Assembly (NCBI RefSeq): GCF_963921235.1
Contig: NC_086097.1
Span: forward strand, 241,368,001 to 241,432,000
Source: Mobula hypostoma
Lineage: Eukaryota
Direction of reading: 5' to 3'
Length of the DNA stretch: 64,000 nt
In this document: piece after piece, positions 1-12,584 of the stretch
Layout: each line of letters starts with the position of its first letter
Position numbering within the stretch: the stretch's first letter is position 1
Translations under genes and position numbers: made by a program
The notes under the pieces: model-generated
What the model was told of the DNA's origin: nothing
Database searches by the model: none
Seen by the model: only the letters and a program-made list of their open reading frames with translations

Positions 1-909
1 AGGATTTCCTTGCTTTTGTACTCAATTCCCTTTGTCATAAAAGCCAACATTCCATTAGCCTTCTTCACTGCCTGCTGCACTTGCTCATTCACCTTCAGAG
101 ACTGATGAACAAGTACTCCTAGATCTCGTTGTATTTCTCCCTTACCTAACTCCACACCATTCAGATAATAATCTGCCTTCCTGTTCTTGCTCCCAAAGTG
201 AATAACTTCACACTTATTCACATTAAGCACCATCTGCCAAGTTTCTGCCCACTTACCCAGCCTGTCCAAGTCATCTTGAATTCTCCTAACATCTTCATCA
301 CATGTCACACTGCCACCCAGCTTAGTATCATCAGCAAACTTGCTGATGTTATTCACAATCCCTTCCTCTAAATCATTGACGTAAATCGTAAACAGCTGTG
401 GTCCCAATACCGAGCCCTGTGGCATCCCACTAGTCACCACCTGCCATTCTGAGAAACACCCATTCACTGCTACCCTTTGCTTTCTATCTGCCAACCAGTT
501 TTCTATCCATGTCAATATCCTCCCCCCCAATGCCATGAGCTCTGATTTTACCCACCAATTTCCTATGTGGTACCTTATCAAATGCCTTCTGAAAGTCAAG
601 GTACGCCACATCCACTGGATCTCTCGCGTCTATCTTCCTGATTACATCCTCAAAAAACTCCAATAGATTAGTCAAGCATGATTTGCCCTTGGTAAATCCA
701 TGCTGACTCGGCCCAATCCTATCACTGTTATCAAGATATGCCGCTATTTCATCTTTAATAATGGACTCTAGCATCTTCCCCACTACTGATGTTAGGCTAA
801 CAGGGCGATAGTTCTCTGTTTTCTCCCTCCCTCCTTTCTTAAAAAGTGGGATAACATTAGCCATTCGCCAATCCTCAGGAACTGATCCTGAATCTAAGGA
901 ACATTGGCA
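1..909 (-). mobile_element. CR1-type LINE ORF2 reverse transcriptase fragment
   Basis: Minus-strand translation gives VPEDWRMANVIPLFKKG..NYRPVSLTSVVGKMLESII..SQHGFTKGKSCLTNLLEFFE..YLDFQKAFDKVPH, canonical CR1 RT motifs. Confidence 0.93.
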
Positions 910-910
910 T

Positions 911-1690
911 AATATGAATAGGAAGAGCCAGCATGGCTTTGTCAAAGGCAGGTCGTGCCTTATGAACCTGATTGAATTTTTTGAGGATGTGACTAAACAC
1001 ATTGATGAAGGAAGAGCAGTAGATGTAGTGTATATGCATTTTAGCAAGGCACTTGATAAGGTACTCCATGCAAGACTTATTGAGAATGTAAGGAGGCATG
1101 GGATCATAGGGGACATTGCTTTGTGGATTCAGAACTGGCTTGCCCACAGAAGACAAAGAGTGGTTGTTGATGGGTCATATTCTGCATGGAGGCTGGTGAC
1201 CAGTGGTTTGCCTCAGGGATCTGTTCTGGGACTCCTACTCTTTGTGATTTTTATAAATGTTCTGGATAAGGAAATGGAGGGATGGGTTAGTAAATTTGAT
1301 GATGACACAAAGGTTGGGAGGTGTTGTGGATATTGTGGAGGGCTGTCAGGGGTTACAGTGGGACATCGATGGGATGCAAAACGGGGCTGAGAAGTGGCAG
1401 ATGGAGTTCAACCCAGATAAGTGTGAGGTGGTTCATTTTGGTAGATCAAATATGACGGCAGAATATAGTATTAATGGTAAGACTCTTGAGAGTATGAAAC
1501 GCGCTGTCAGCGCAATGATGTTTGCGAGCTCGATTTCAACATCTGAGAGAAGTTTGGATAGGTACATGGATAGTAGGGGTATGGAAGGCTATAGTCCTGG
1601 TGCAAGTCATTGGGGGAAGGCAGTTTACATGGTTTCAGCATGGATTAGATGGGCTGAATGGCCTGTTTCTGTGCACCGGTCTTCTCTATA
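911..1690 (+). mobile_element. CR1 LINE RT fragment of a second subfamily, internally deleted, with 3' end
   Basis: SQHGFVKGRSCL..SGLPQGSVLG..FDDDTKVG..EKWQMEFNPDKC; frameshifted, then jumps to a CR1 3' UTR. Confidence 0.9.
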
Positions 1691-1965
1691 ACTACAACTC
1701 TCTAAATATACCTAATGATTTGAACCCCACAGATTCCCCACCCTGGGGCTAAAGAAATTCTTCCTCATCTCTGCTCTAAAGGGACATCCTGCTATTCTGC
1801 GACTGTGCTCTCTGGTGCTAGACTCCCCCAGTACAGGAAATATTTCCTCCACATCCACTGTATCTAGGTCTTACAATATTCAATAGCTTTCACCGAAATC
1901 ACCACTCATTCTTCTAAATTCCAGTGAGTACAGGTCCAGAGCCATCAAATACTGCTCATGCATTC

Positions 1966-2602
1966 ACAGGCGAGAGAAAACCTGCAGATGCTGGGAAATC
2001 CAAGTAACATATACAAAATGCTGGAGGAACTCAGCAGGCCAGGCAGTATCTACGGGAAAGAGTACAGTTAACGTTTTGGGCCGAGATCCTTCAGCAGGAC
2101 TGGAGAAAAAAAAGATGGGGAGTCAGAGTTAGAAGCTGGGAGAGGGGAGGAAGAAACACAAGATGATAGGTGAACTAGGAGGGAGGGGTGAAGTAAAGAG
2201 CTGGGAAGTTGATTGATGAAAGAGATGCAGGGCTGGAGAAGGCGAATTTGATAGGAGAGGATGAGGCCATGGGAGAAAGGATAAAGGGGAGGAAACCAGA
2301 GAGAGGTGATGGGCAGGTAAGGAGATGATGTGAGAGAGGGAAAGGGGATGGACAATAGAAAATGAGGTTAGGGGCATTATCGGAAGTTTGAGAAATCGTT
2401 GTTCATACCATCAGGTTGGAGGCTACCCAGACAGATTATAATGTGTTGCTCCTCCAACCTGAGTGAGGCCTCATCATGACAATAGAAGAGGGCATGGATG
2501 AACAGGTCAGAATGGGAATGGGAAGTGGAATTAAAATGGATAGTCACTGGGAGATCCTGTTTCTTCTGGCAGACAGAGCTTATGTGCTCAGTGAGGCGGT
2601 CC
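1966..2602 (-). mobile_element. Penelope-like element fragment (GIY-YIG C-terminus plus pseudo-LTR)
   Basis: HFNSTSHSHSD..LRLEEQHII..LGSLQPDGMN, then a CT-rich tract and a terminal repeat with a degenerate hammerhead at 2065-2102. Confidence 0.85.
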
Positions 2603-2739
2603 ATAGCACTTTAAAAATAAAAACCGTGCAATTTCATTTCCAGCCAAGTTCTCTGGTGCTAGGACCATTTTAAAATACAGGATAATGCAGATGCTAAAAG
2701 AACTAGACACTGTCTGTGAAAGACTTTTACTTATATCTT

Positions 2740-3503
2740 ATATACATGGTAAATGGTAGGGCATTGAGGAATGCAGTAGAACAGAGGGATCTAGGAATAA
2801 TGGTGCATAGTTCCCTGAAGGTGGAATCTCATGTGGATAGGGTGGTGAAGAAAGCTTTTGGTATGCTGGCCTTTATAAACCAGAGCATTGAGTATAGGAG
2901 TTGGGATGTAATGTTGAAATTGTATAAGGCATTGGTGAGGCCAAATTTGGAGTATTGTGTACAGTTCTGGCCACCGAATTATAGGAAAGATGTCAACAAA
3001 ATAGAGAGAGTACAGAGGAGATTTACTAGAATGTTACCTGGGTTTCAGCACCTAAGTTACAGAGAAAGTCTGAACAAGTTAGGTCTTTATTCTTTGGAGC
3101 GTAGAAGGTTGAAGGGGGACTTGATAGAGGTGTTTAAAATTATGAGGGGGATAGATAGAGTTGACATGGATAGGCTTTTTCCATTGAGAGTGGGAGAGAT
3201 TCAAACAAGAGGACATGAGTTGAGAGTTAAGGGTCAAATGTTTAGGGGTAACACGAGGGGGAACTTCTTTACTCAGAGAGTTGTAGCTGTGTGGAACGAG
3301 CTTCCAGTAGAAGTGGCAGAGGCAGGTTGGATTTTGTCATTTAAAAAAAAAATTGGATAGGTATATGGACAGGAAAGGAATGGAGGGTTATGGGCTGAGT
3401 GCAGGTAGATGGGACTAGGTGAGAGTAAGCGTTCGGCACGGACAAGAAGGGCCGAGATGGCCTGCTTCCGTGCTGTAATTGTTATCTGGTTATATGGTTA
3501 TAT
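2740..3503 (+). mobile_element. CR1 LINE 3' fragment (5'-truncated)
   Basis: ORF 2716-3360 contains EQRDLG..LYKALVRPNLEYCVQFW..ERVQRRFTRM..FFTQRVV; ends in a TTATATGG-like tail. Confidence 0.93.
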
Positions 3504-3872
3504 TTTCTAATTCCAGGAGAGGGAAGCTTTGTCAGCTTATCCATAAAAAGAAAGGTGTTGGATTACTTGTGGATAGAAATGACTGGATTATTATTAAAAC
3601 CCAATCTGGTCAATTAGTAATCAGCAGGGAAGGAAATCTGCCATCCAAACCTCGGCTTGTCCATATGTAAAGCTTCTACTCCTTCCCCTCCTCACCTTCT
3701 TATTCTGGTTTCTTTCCCCTTCCTGTCCGGTCGTGATGAAGAGTCTTGGGCCAAAAAGTTGACTGTTTATTCCTCTCCATAAATACTGCCTGACCTGCTG
3801 AGTTCTTCCAGCATTTTGTGTGTGTTGCTCTGGATTTCCAGCCTCTGCATATATTCTCTTGTTTGCGTTTAA

Positions 3873-4365
3873 ATAGGACAAGAGGGCACGACTTCAGGAT
3901 TGAAGGATGTCCTTTTAGAACTGAGATGTGGAGAAATTACTTTAGTCAGAGGGTGGTAAATCTGTGGAATTTGTTGCCACGAGCAGCTGTGGAGGCCAAG
4001 TCATTGGGTGTATTTAAGGCAGAGATAGATAGGTTCTTGATTAGCCAGGGCATCAAAGGGTATGGGGTGAAAGCAGGGGGAGTGGGGATGACCATGATTG
4101 AATGGCAGAACAGACTTGATGGGCCGAGTGGCCAACCTGCTCCTATATCTTATGGTCCTATATACCCACTGACCCGGCCTCCACCGTCACCTGTGGTAAT
4201 GAATTCCACAGATTCACCACCCTCTGGCTAAAGAAATCCCTCCTCATCTCCTAGACTCCCTCACCATAGGAAACATCCTCCCCACATTCACTCTCAGACT
4301 TCCAATATTCAGTCAGTCTCATTCTTCTAAACTCCAGCGAGTACAGGTCCAGACTGATCAAACAC
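3873..4365. mobile_element. Two short CR1 3' fragments in opposite orientation
   Basis: Plus strand RTRGHDFRIEG..FSQRVVNLWN with a TCTTATGG tail, followed by an antisense copy of the same region. Confidence 0.8.
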
Positions 4366-4535
4366 TGTGAAATGAATTGATTACACTAACACTAGCTGCC
4401 TGTAAGGTGATGAATCTCAAGGTTTTATAAAGTATACCTACTTTGATAATAAATGTACTTTGACTTTGACTTTGACACCAACCTAACACATAGATGTACT
4501 TCTATGTTACTTAAAGATTCTAGAATTAACAGTAC

Positions 4536-4590
4536 CATTTTCTATCATCTTTATCGCTGACTGCGTGAAAAATAGTTCCTTTCCAAATAT
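4536..4590 (-). other. Candidate 55-nt exon of an unidentified host transcript
   Basis: Minus strand cttatttcttttacactag|ATATTTGG...GAAAATG|gtactg in unique DNA; open in phase 0 (IFGKELFFTQSAIKMIEN) and phase 1 (IWKGTIFHAVSDKDDRK). Confidence 0.3.
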
Positions 4591-5136
4591 CTAGTGTAAA
4601 AGAAATAAGCATCTCGTAAAATTTAACGACTCTAAATGTTTTTCTGTAAAAAAATCAGCTATTGTTTTCAGCAATTATGTATTGTTTACCAACTACATAG
4701 AGGTAGTAATTTAAATGCATTTAGTTTGATTTTCCAGTGTCATTTGATCAGACGTCTAATGGCAAATTAAGTAATTTTCCACAAGTGCCAGTGTTTTTAG
4801 AGTTTGAACAGAGGCTGATTTCAAGAGCCAGAATTAACTGGTGGTGTGAACTGTTCCTGGTTTTGATTCAAGAGTTGTCAGTTTCCTTACTTCTCAATCA
4901 TTCAGTTTGATTAGCACCTTTTGTAATCAATAATTCAGCTGTGAACATGACCAACACTAATATTCAATTACATTTAAAAGGCCAAACAGCCCTGTTTACA
5001 TAGAACATAGAACATTACAGCACAGTACAGGCCCTATGGCCCACGATGTTGTGCCAACATTTTAATCTACTCTACGATTAATTTAACTCTTCCCTCCTTC
5101 ATAACCCCACTCTTTTCTGTCATCCATATTCCTATT

Positions 5137-5330
5137 TACAGTGCCTATAAAAAGTATTCACCACCCTCGCCCAGAAGTTTTCATGTTTTATTGGTTTACA
5201 ACAATAAATTAGATTATTAGATTATGAGGACACTCAGTCCTCGTTTATTGTCATTTAGAAACACATGCATTAAAAAATGATACAATGTTCCTCCAGTATG
5301 ATATCAACATTGAATCACAGTGGATTTAAT
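5137..5330. mobile_element. Tc1-like terminal fragment interrupted by an ATTAG-tailed retroposon end
   Basis: TA-CAGTGCCTATAAAAAGTATTCAC resembles a Tc1 TIR; the ~5204-5304 insert matches the ends of the 28.4-kb and 56.2-kb elements and is flanked by CAACA repeats. Confidence 0.6.
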
Positions 5331-5779
5331 GCGGTTCTTAAATGCTCCTGAAGTATCTCCCTCTCCCATTACCCCTGGCAGGGCTTTCCACCCACCCAGT
5401 GAATCTGCTGGGGTCGTCCAATGAGGCCTCCTCTACACTGGTGAGAAGGGTAAAAAAACTTCTCTCTGGCAATTCTCCCTATACTTTCCTCCAATCACCT
5501 TAAAATTATGCCTTCTTTTATTAGGCATTTCCACCTTGGAAAACAGTCTCTGGCTTTCCACTCAATCTACAGTTAGCCTCTTATCATCTTGTATACCTCT
5601 ATCAGATTACCTCTCATCCCATTTGCTGCAAAGAGGAAGGTCCTAACTGCTGGAACCCACCTTCATTAGACATGCCCTCGAGTCCAGGAAGCATCCTGGC
5701 AGATCTGTATTCAATGTTCTATGTTTATTGTCAAATCTTTGTGCTTGAAGGATAAACAAAAAAAGGGCGATGTGGGGTA

Positions 5780-6940
5780 ACGTGCAAAATGCTGGAGGAA
5801 CTCAGCAGGTCAGGCAGCATCTGTAGAAAGGAATGAACAGTCAATGTTTCAGGCCGAGACCATTCTTCAGGACTGGAAAGAAGGGAGAAGAAGCCAGAAT
5901 AAGAAGGAGGGGAGAGGGGAGGGAATACAAGCTGGAAGGTGATAGGTGAAGCCTTAACAGAAATAGAGCTCCTCTTGTCTTCACCCTTCACCCCATGAAT
6001 CTCCACATCCAACACATCATTCTCTACAACTTCTGCCAATTTCGACAGATCCTACCACTATACACATCTTTACCTCTCCCCTCTGCTTTCTGCAGGGATC
6101 ACTCCCTCCATGATTTCTTTGTCCATTCATCCCTCCCCACTAATCTCCCTCCAGGCACTAATCCCTGTAAGCAGCCTAAATGCTACATCTGCCCACTCAG
6201 CTCCTCCCTTACCTCTGTTCAAACCCCAAACAGTCCTCACAGACGAGGCAACACTTCACCTGTGAACCTGCTGGTGCCATCTATTATGTCAGGAGCTCCT
6301 GAAATGGCCTCCTCTACACTGGTGAGACCCCATCGTAAACTGGGGGACCACTTCGTCAAGCACCTCCACTCCATCCATCAGAAGCAGGAATTCACAGTGG
6401 CCAAACATCTTAATTCCAATTCCCATTCCCATCCTGACATGTCGGTCCATGGCCTCCTCTTGTGCCAAGATGAGGCCACTGTCAGTTTGGAGGAGCAACA
6501 CCTCATATCCATCTAGATAGCCTCCAACCTGATGGCATGAACACTAATTTTTCTATCTTCCAGTAATTTTTCTTCCTCCTCCCCCTTTCTTCTTTTTCAA
6601 TCCCCCTCGCTGGCTCCTCTCTTACTTTTTCTCTTCTTTTTACTTGACTATCACCTCCCCTGGTGTACCACCTCCTTCCCACTCTCCTCTCCTATCAAAT
6701 TCTTTCTTTTCCAGCCCTCACTTTTTCCTCCTATCACCTCCCAGCCTCTTACTTCATCCCCCTCCCCCACCTTCTTATCCTGGCTTCTGCCCCCTTCCTG
6801 TCCAGTCCTGATGAAGGGTTTTGGGCTGAAAAGTCAACTGTTTATTCCTTTCCATAGATGCTGCCTGACCTGCTGAGTTCTTCCAGCATTTTGAGAGTGT
6901 TTCTCTGGATTTCCAGCATCTGCAGAATTTCTTGTGTTTG
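5780..6940 (+). mobile_element. Penelope-like element: inverted pLTR, GIY-YIG endonuclease relic, pLTR
   Basis: PCKQPKCYIC..(frameshift) AIYYV..LLYTGET..RKLGDHFVKH..VAKHLNSNSHSH..LEEQHLI is a PLE GIY-YIG domain; 5780-5953 is an inverted copy of the 3' repeat. Confidence 0.88.
5838..5875 (-). ncRNA. Minimal hammerhead ribozyme motif (partly decayed)
   Basis: CAGTC CTGAAGA ATGGTCTCGGCCT GAAA CA TT GACTG: helix I and the core boxes are intact, the helix III palindrome is broken. Confidence 0.6.
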
Positions 6941-7164
6941 TGATGTGAGGAAACAATTTTTTTATTCAGCAGATGGTTATTATCTGAAACTCGATAGCTG
7001 TGGTATTGCAAAAGTCAATCCAAGTTTCCAAAGGAGAATTGGATAAGCACAAGGAAAAAAGTGGGTTATTTAGAGTAAATAGATTACTCTACAAGGAGTT
7101 GGCATAGCTTCAGTGGATCAAATGGTTATCTTCTGTGTGATGAAGATTCCATGGAGTAAATTGT

Positions 7165-7585
7165 AACTCTTTGAACTTCAATTGATGCACTGTGCGCGGT
7201 ATAGAGAGACCGATGCCCAGGAACAGAAAAGTCTACAGAAAGTGATGGTACAGTCCTGTCCCTCACAGGCACAGCTCTCACTACCACTGAGTACATTTGC
7301 AAGGGCCAACGCCACAAGAAAGCAGCGTCCATTATCAAAGACCCCCACCATCCAGACCATGCTCCTTTCTCATTAGTAGCATTCAGCAGGGGCTACAGAA
7401 GCCTTTAAGTTCCACACCACCAGATTCAGGGACAATTACTACCCTTCAAACTGCAGGATTCTAAACCACAGTGGATAACTTTATTCACCTCAACTCTGAA
7501 CTGATTCCACAACATACAGACTCACTTTCAATTCATGTTCTCAGTACTATTTACTTGTTTATTTTTAAATGCGCAGTCTGTTTTC
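7165..7585 (+). mobile_element. Rex1/Babar-like LINE 3' fragment (decayed)
   Basis: AQEQKSLQKV..IIKDPHHPDHA..HTTRFRDNYYP-like remnant shared with other copies in the window. Confidence 0.65.
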
Positions 7586-7589
7586 CACA

Positions 7590-8125
7590 AGACCATAAAA
7601 CGTAGGAGCAGAATTAGGCCATCTGCTCTGCCATTCAATGACAGCTGATCCATTTTTTTTATCTCCTCAGTCCCAGTTCTCGGCCCTCTCCCTGTAACCT
7701 TTGATGCCATGTCCAATCAAGAACCTATCAATAACTGCCTTAAATACACCCAACAACCTGGCCTCCACAGCTGCATGTGGCAAAAAATTCCAGAAATTCA
7801 CCACCCTTTGGCTAAAGAAATTTCTCCGCATCACCGTTTTGAAAGGGTGCCCCTCTATCCTGAGGCTGTGCCCTTTTGTCCTAGACTCTCCCACCATGGG
7901 AAACATCCTTTCCACATCTACTCTTTCAACATCCGTAAGGTTTCAATGAGATCCCCCTACATTCTTCTAAATTCCAGCAAGTACAGACCCAGAGCCATCA
8001 AACGTTCCTCATATGATAACCCTTTCATTCCTGGAATCATCCTTGTGAACCTCTTCTGGACTCTCTCCAATGCCAGCACATCTTTTCTAAGATGAGGGGC
8101 CCAAAACTGTTTACAGTGAGGCCTC
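7590..8125 (-). mobile_element. CR1 3' fragment
   Basis: ERMFPMVGESRTKGHSLRIEG..FFSQRVVNFWN. Confidence 0.88.
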
Positions 8126-8439
8126 TTCCTTTACACATTGATTGATTGCCAGTCTTTACATATAGTTTTTCATAAATTCAATAGTATTTATTTATTTTTC
8201 TAACAACACCTTCAAGAAAATCAAACTCATAGTAACATATATACACTTCGATAATAAATTTATTTTGGCTTTGAAGTGACCTGAGGACACTTCCTCCTCA
8301 AGGCTATTCCTTTTTAAATATCTTGTGCTTTTATGTTCTGAAATAATATTGGATTTGATTCTTTATTTGCTGAGCCATTTTTCAAGCTTTAAAATGGCAT
8401 CAACATCTCAAAGTATCTGTCCTGGGCCCAAATGACACA

Positions 8440-8995
8440 TTCACAAAAAAAGGCACACTAGGGACTCTGCTGTGTTAGATATTTGAGAAGCTTTGGCATG
8501 TCACCAAAGATTCTTGAAGGTTTCTATGTGTTCATTACTGGTTGACTGGTTGCATCACAGCATGAGATGGAGCCACCTATGCACAGGATTGCAAGAGGCT
8601 GCAGAAGGCTGTGGTTATAGCCATCTCCATCATGGGCAAAATCCTCTCCACCATCAAGGATATCTTCAAGCAGCAGAAGTCAAAGTCCATCATTAAGGAC
8701 CTTCTCCATCTGGGAATTGATCTCCTCTTGTTACTACCATAGGGTGGGGTGGAATAGGGATGGGGAGAGGTACAGAAATCTGAAGACCCACACTCAGTGA
8801 TGCAGAAACAGCTTCTATCCATCCAGCATCAGATTTGTGAACAGACCGTGAACCTACTGACACATTATTCCTTCTTTCCACTAGTTACTTATTTTGTAGT
8901 TTATGGTAGCTTTATGTCTTTACACCGTACTGCTGCCACAAAACAAAGTTTCATGTTACAGAAGACAGTGATACTAAACCTGATTCTGTTTCTGA
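8440..8995 (+). mobile_element. Rex1/Babar-like LINE 3' fragment (decayed)
   Basis: Degenerate version of the same RT C-terminal region; ends in a CCTGATTCTG tail. Confidence 0.6.
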
Positions 8996-9024
8996 TGCAA
9001 TTGCCACCCTAGCATTTTCTCAAG

Positions 9025-9943
9025 ACACAGGAGTAGAATTTGGCCATTTGGCCCATTGAGTCCGCTTCACCATTCAATCTTGGCTGATCCTTTCTCCACC
9101 TCTTTAGCCCCACTCCCCGACCTTCTCCCCATAACCTTTCATGCCATGTCCAATCAAGAATGTATCAAGCTCTGCCTGAAATAGACCCAATGACTTGGCC
9201 TCCTCAGCTGCCTGTGGTAAAAAATTCCACAAGTTCCACAAATTCACCACACTCTGGCTAAAGACATTTCTCCACATCTCTGTTTTAAATGGGTACCCCT
9301 CTATCCTGAGACTGTGCCCTCTTGTCCTAGACTCCCCCACCATGGGAAACACGTCTACTCTGTCTAGGCCTATCAACGTTTCAATGAGATCCACCTCATC
9401 CTTCTAAATTCCAATGAGTACAGACACAGAGCCATCAAACATTCCTCGTTCCTTTCATTCCCAGAATCATCCTTGTGAACTTCCTCTGAACCCTTTCCAA
9501 TGCCAACACATCTTTTCTAAGATGAGGACCCCAGAACTGTTCACAAACCTCACCAGTGCCTCAGCATCACATCCCTGCTCTTGTATTCTAGACCTCTTGA
9601 AATGAATGCTAACATTGTATTTGCATTCCTCACCGCCAGCTCAACCTGCAAGTTAACCTTTAGGGTGTTTTGCACAAGGATTCCCAAGTCTCTTTGCATC
9701 TCAGATTTTTGGATTTTCTCCCATTTAGAAAATAGCCCACATATTTTTCTTCTACCAAAGTGCATGACCATGCACTTTCCAACATTGTATTTCGTTTGCT
9801 ACTTTCTTGCCCATTCTCCTAATCAAAGTTCTTCTGCAGCCTACCTGTTTCCTCAACACTACCTATCCCTCCACCAATCTTCATATCGTCTGCAAACTTG
9901 GCAACAAGGCCATGTATTCTATCATCTAAATCACTGATATACA
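9025..9943 (-). mobile_element. CR1 3' fragment
   Basis: VMHFGRR..QRDLGILV..GESRTRGHSLRIEG..SQSVVNLWN. Confidence 0.88.
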
Positions 9944-10060
9944 GTTTCCCATCGTTTAATTTCCTCTTCCCCTACCTTCTCATCCTCCACCCCCCATTCT
10001 CCCATTCACTTGCTGCCTAAATGACTATGGAAGCTTTGTTAAAGCCGTATTTGAGCTCAC

Positions 10061-10119
10061 CACTGAAGTATGCATGAGTGAAGTTCAGAATGATTTGCAG
10101 TCCAGTGTTCCCTGCTCTA
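10061..10119 (-). other. Candidate 59-nt exon
   Basis: ctctgtatttttttgcag|TAGAGC...TTCAGTG|gtgagc; open in phase 2 (RAGNTGLQIILNFTHAYFS). Confidence 0.3.
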
Positions 10120-10426
10120 CTGCAAAAAAATACAGAGTCTCTACTCACCCTCCTTCTCTGGCAATGATGAAGTCACAAATTGGCAAGTCAGGAGTCATGA
10201 TATAAATCTAAATAATGCAGTTCATAATTCCATATCATTTTAAGATTTATAACATGCTGTATATAAAAAAAACACTTCCTCAGTTCTAAATAGCTGATCA
10301 TTATTTAGAAATTATGCCCCGATTTCAGAAGAAAAGGCCTTTCAGTTAATATGCTATTAATTAAATTGAAAATAAAATAGTGGAAAAATAGCATGATAGT
10401 AGCTTTCTGTAGCATGATAGTGGCTC

Positions 10427-10980
10427 CTTAAGGTTGTTATAGCCGAGGTTGGTTGTGGGAATAAGCTCGCACTACCTATTAAATGCTCCCAGTGGTGTGC
10501 GCTTCAAATGGCCTCTGACAACCAAGTCCAGCTCCTGGCCTTCATGTGTGGCTTGGCTGCTAAGCCCAGTGGAGCCATTTCTATCGACAGGCAAAGGTGG
10601 ATTACTGCTGCCTCAAGACCAGTCACTTCGAGCAGATGGGGTTTATCGGCCATGGTTGACAACTCATCTACGAGAATGAAAACTTTGATCTGAAACCTCC
10701 GCTACCTTGCGGCTACACCCATTCATGGAGGTGGTTCTGGGAGGAAACCGCGGGGAAAAATCCAGAGCTGCCCTACGTTGAGTTCAAAGCTGACTGGCAA
10801 TTCCTGTGATGCCATACTGGCCTCTGCCATTCCTTTGGGTTCCATCAAATGCACGGAGAGGGGGGAGTCGGCTTCATGAGCAATAGCTTGCTCTCCATAT
10901 CGTACTGCACTGGCTTCCACATCATGTGGACAGCTAGAATACAACATCCAGGGTTGACTCTGACCAATGGAAGCCTCATT
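10427..10980 (+). mobile_element. Non-autonomous interspersed repeat (RTE-like); second copy at 43378-43935
   Basis: TAAGGTTGTTATAGC..ACAACCAAGTCCAGCTCCTGGCCTTCATGTG..TTGCTCTCCATATCGTACTG is shared with the 43.4-kb copy; family assignment is tentative. Confidence 0.7.
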
Positions 10981-11185
10981 GGGTTTAACATTCATTAGAA
11001 AATTATTTCAATTTCACACCTAGAACATAGAACATTACAGCATAGTACAGGCCCTTCAGCCCACAATGTTGTGCCATCTTTTTAGCTACTCCAAGAATAA
11101 TCTCACCCTTTTTCCCACATAGTCCTCAATTTTTCAATCATCTATGTGCTTATCTAAGAGTTTTTTGAATGAATCTAATGTATTT

Positions 11186-11585
11186 CAAGGTGGAGGTATA
11201 TCTCCAATAAAGAAGGTGTAAGGTGTTCCTTCTTTCTGCTGCCCTGCAGGACAACATTGGACAAGGTGCAGCACCCGCTTAGCCCCCCCCCCCACCCCCC
11301 CGATCAGGGTCACGTGAAGCCACGGGAGCAGGCGCTGGATGGTCATTTGAGCAGCTGCTGCATATCTCAAGTCCTGGTTATGTCACCACTGTCGCCAGGC
11401 AGACAGCCTCTGAAGAGCATTGATAATGGCCGGGGTCACCCATCTTGTAAAGACACTGCCCAGAAGAGGGCAATGGTACACGAGGAAAACCAATCCTGTA
11501 GAAAAATTTGCCAAGATCAATCATGGTCATAGATCATGATCATCCAGGTCATACCACACAGCACAACATGGTGATGATGATGAAT
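11186..11585 (+). mobile_element. Short RTE-like retroposon with (TGA)n tail
   Basis: Ends ..CCAAGATCAATCATGGTC..ATGGTGATGATGATGA; interrupts a CR1 3' fragment that resumes after it. Confidence 0.55.
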
Positions 11586-12584
11586 GTGTCCGCCTCCACC
11601 ACCACTCCTAGAATGCATTCCACACACACACTACTCTCTGTGCAAAGAGCTTGCCTTTGTCAGCCCCCCTATATTTTCCTGCAATCACCTTAAAATCATG
11701 CCCCAACGTATTAGGCATGGTTAATATGTAGGGAATAATTTTAAGGTGATTGGAGGAAAATATTTAACTACAAGCAGCCAGAAAGGCCTTTGAAGATAAC
11801 TCTGGACTTCCACTCTATCTATGTCTCTTGTCATCTTATATATTTCTACCAAGTCACTCCTCCACTCCTCATCCTCCTTTGCTCCTGAGAAGAAATCTGA
11901 GCTTGAGCAACCTATCCTCATTATACATGCCCTCTAGTCTTGGCAAATCTCCTCTGCACCCTCTTCAAAGCTTCCACATCCTTTCTATAATAAGCAGACC
12001 AGAACTGAATACAATATTCCAAGAATCATCTAACCTGGGCTTTACGGAAGTGCAGCCTTACCTCACGGCTCTTGAGCACAATATTCAGAGAGCTAGATTA
12101 AGGAAAATTTCAATTTAAATGCCTGATCACCAAATCTTGACCCTGTGTACAGAGCATGAATCAGCTTCTACAATTCTGAGTTTCTCCAGCACTTTGTGTG
12201 TGTTGCTATGCAATTCGGTGTTCTGTTTTATGCTCAAGGAGGAAATGAATAAGCTGAAAGCAGTTTAAAGGTGAAAGAAGTCCGATGCTGAAGCATGGAG
12301 ACTCTATCTGCTCTGTCCATGCTTCTTATCATCTTCTAAACCTCCATCAAGTCACTTCTCATCCTAAATCACTCCAGGGAGGAAAGCCTTCGCTCTCTCA
12401 GCCTATCTTCATAAGATATGCCCTCCAGTATATGGTAACATCAAAGCATTTTCTTTGCTTGTTCTCATTTATTGATTTCTGCTTTATAACATTTGGAAGA
12501 GATGATTTGAACAAATAGTTTGTGACACAAGCTCATGTGTATGTTGTTGGAGATAAAGTAATCTTTTTGATTCTGCTTTAACAA

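Noticed and set aside
10163..10300. snoRNA starting at ATGATGA
   Set aside because: No convincing D box with a terminal stem.
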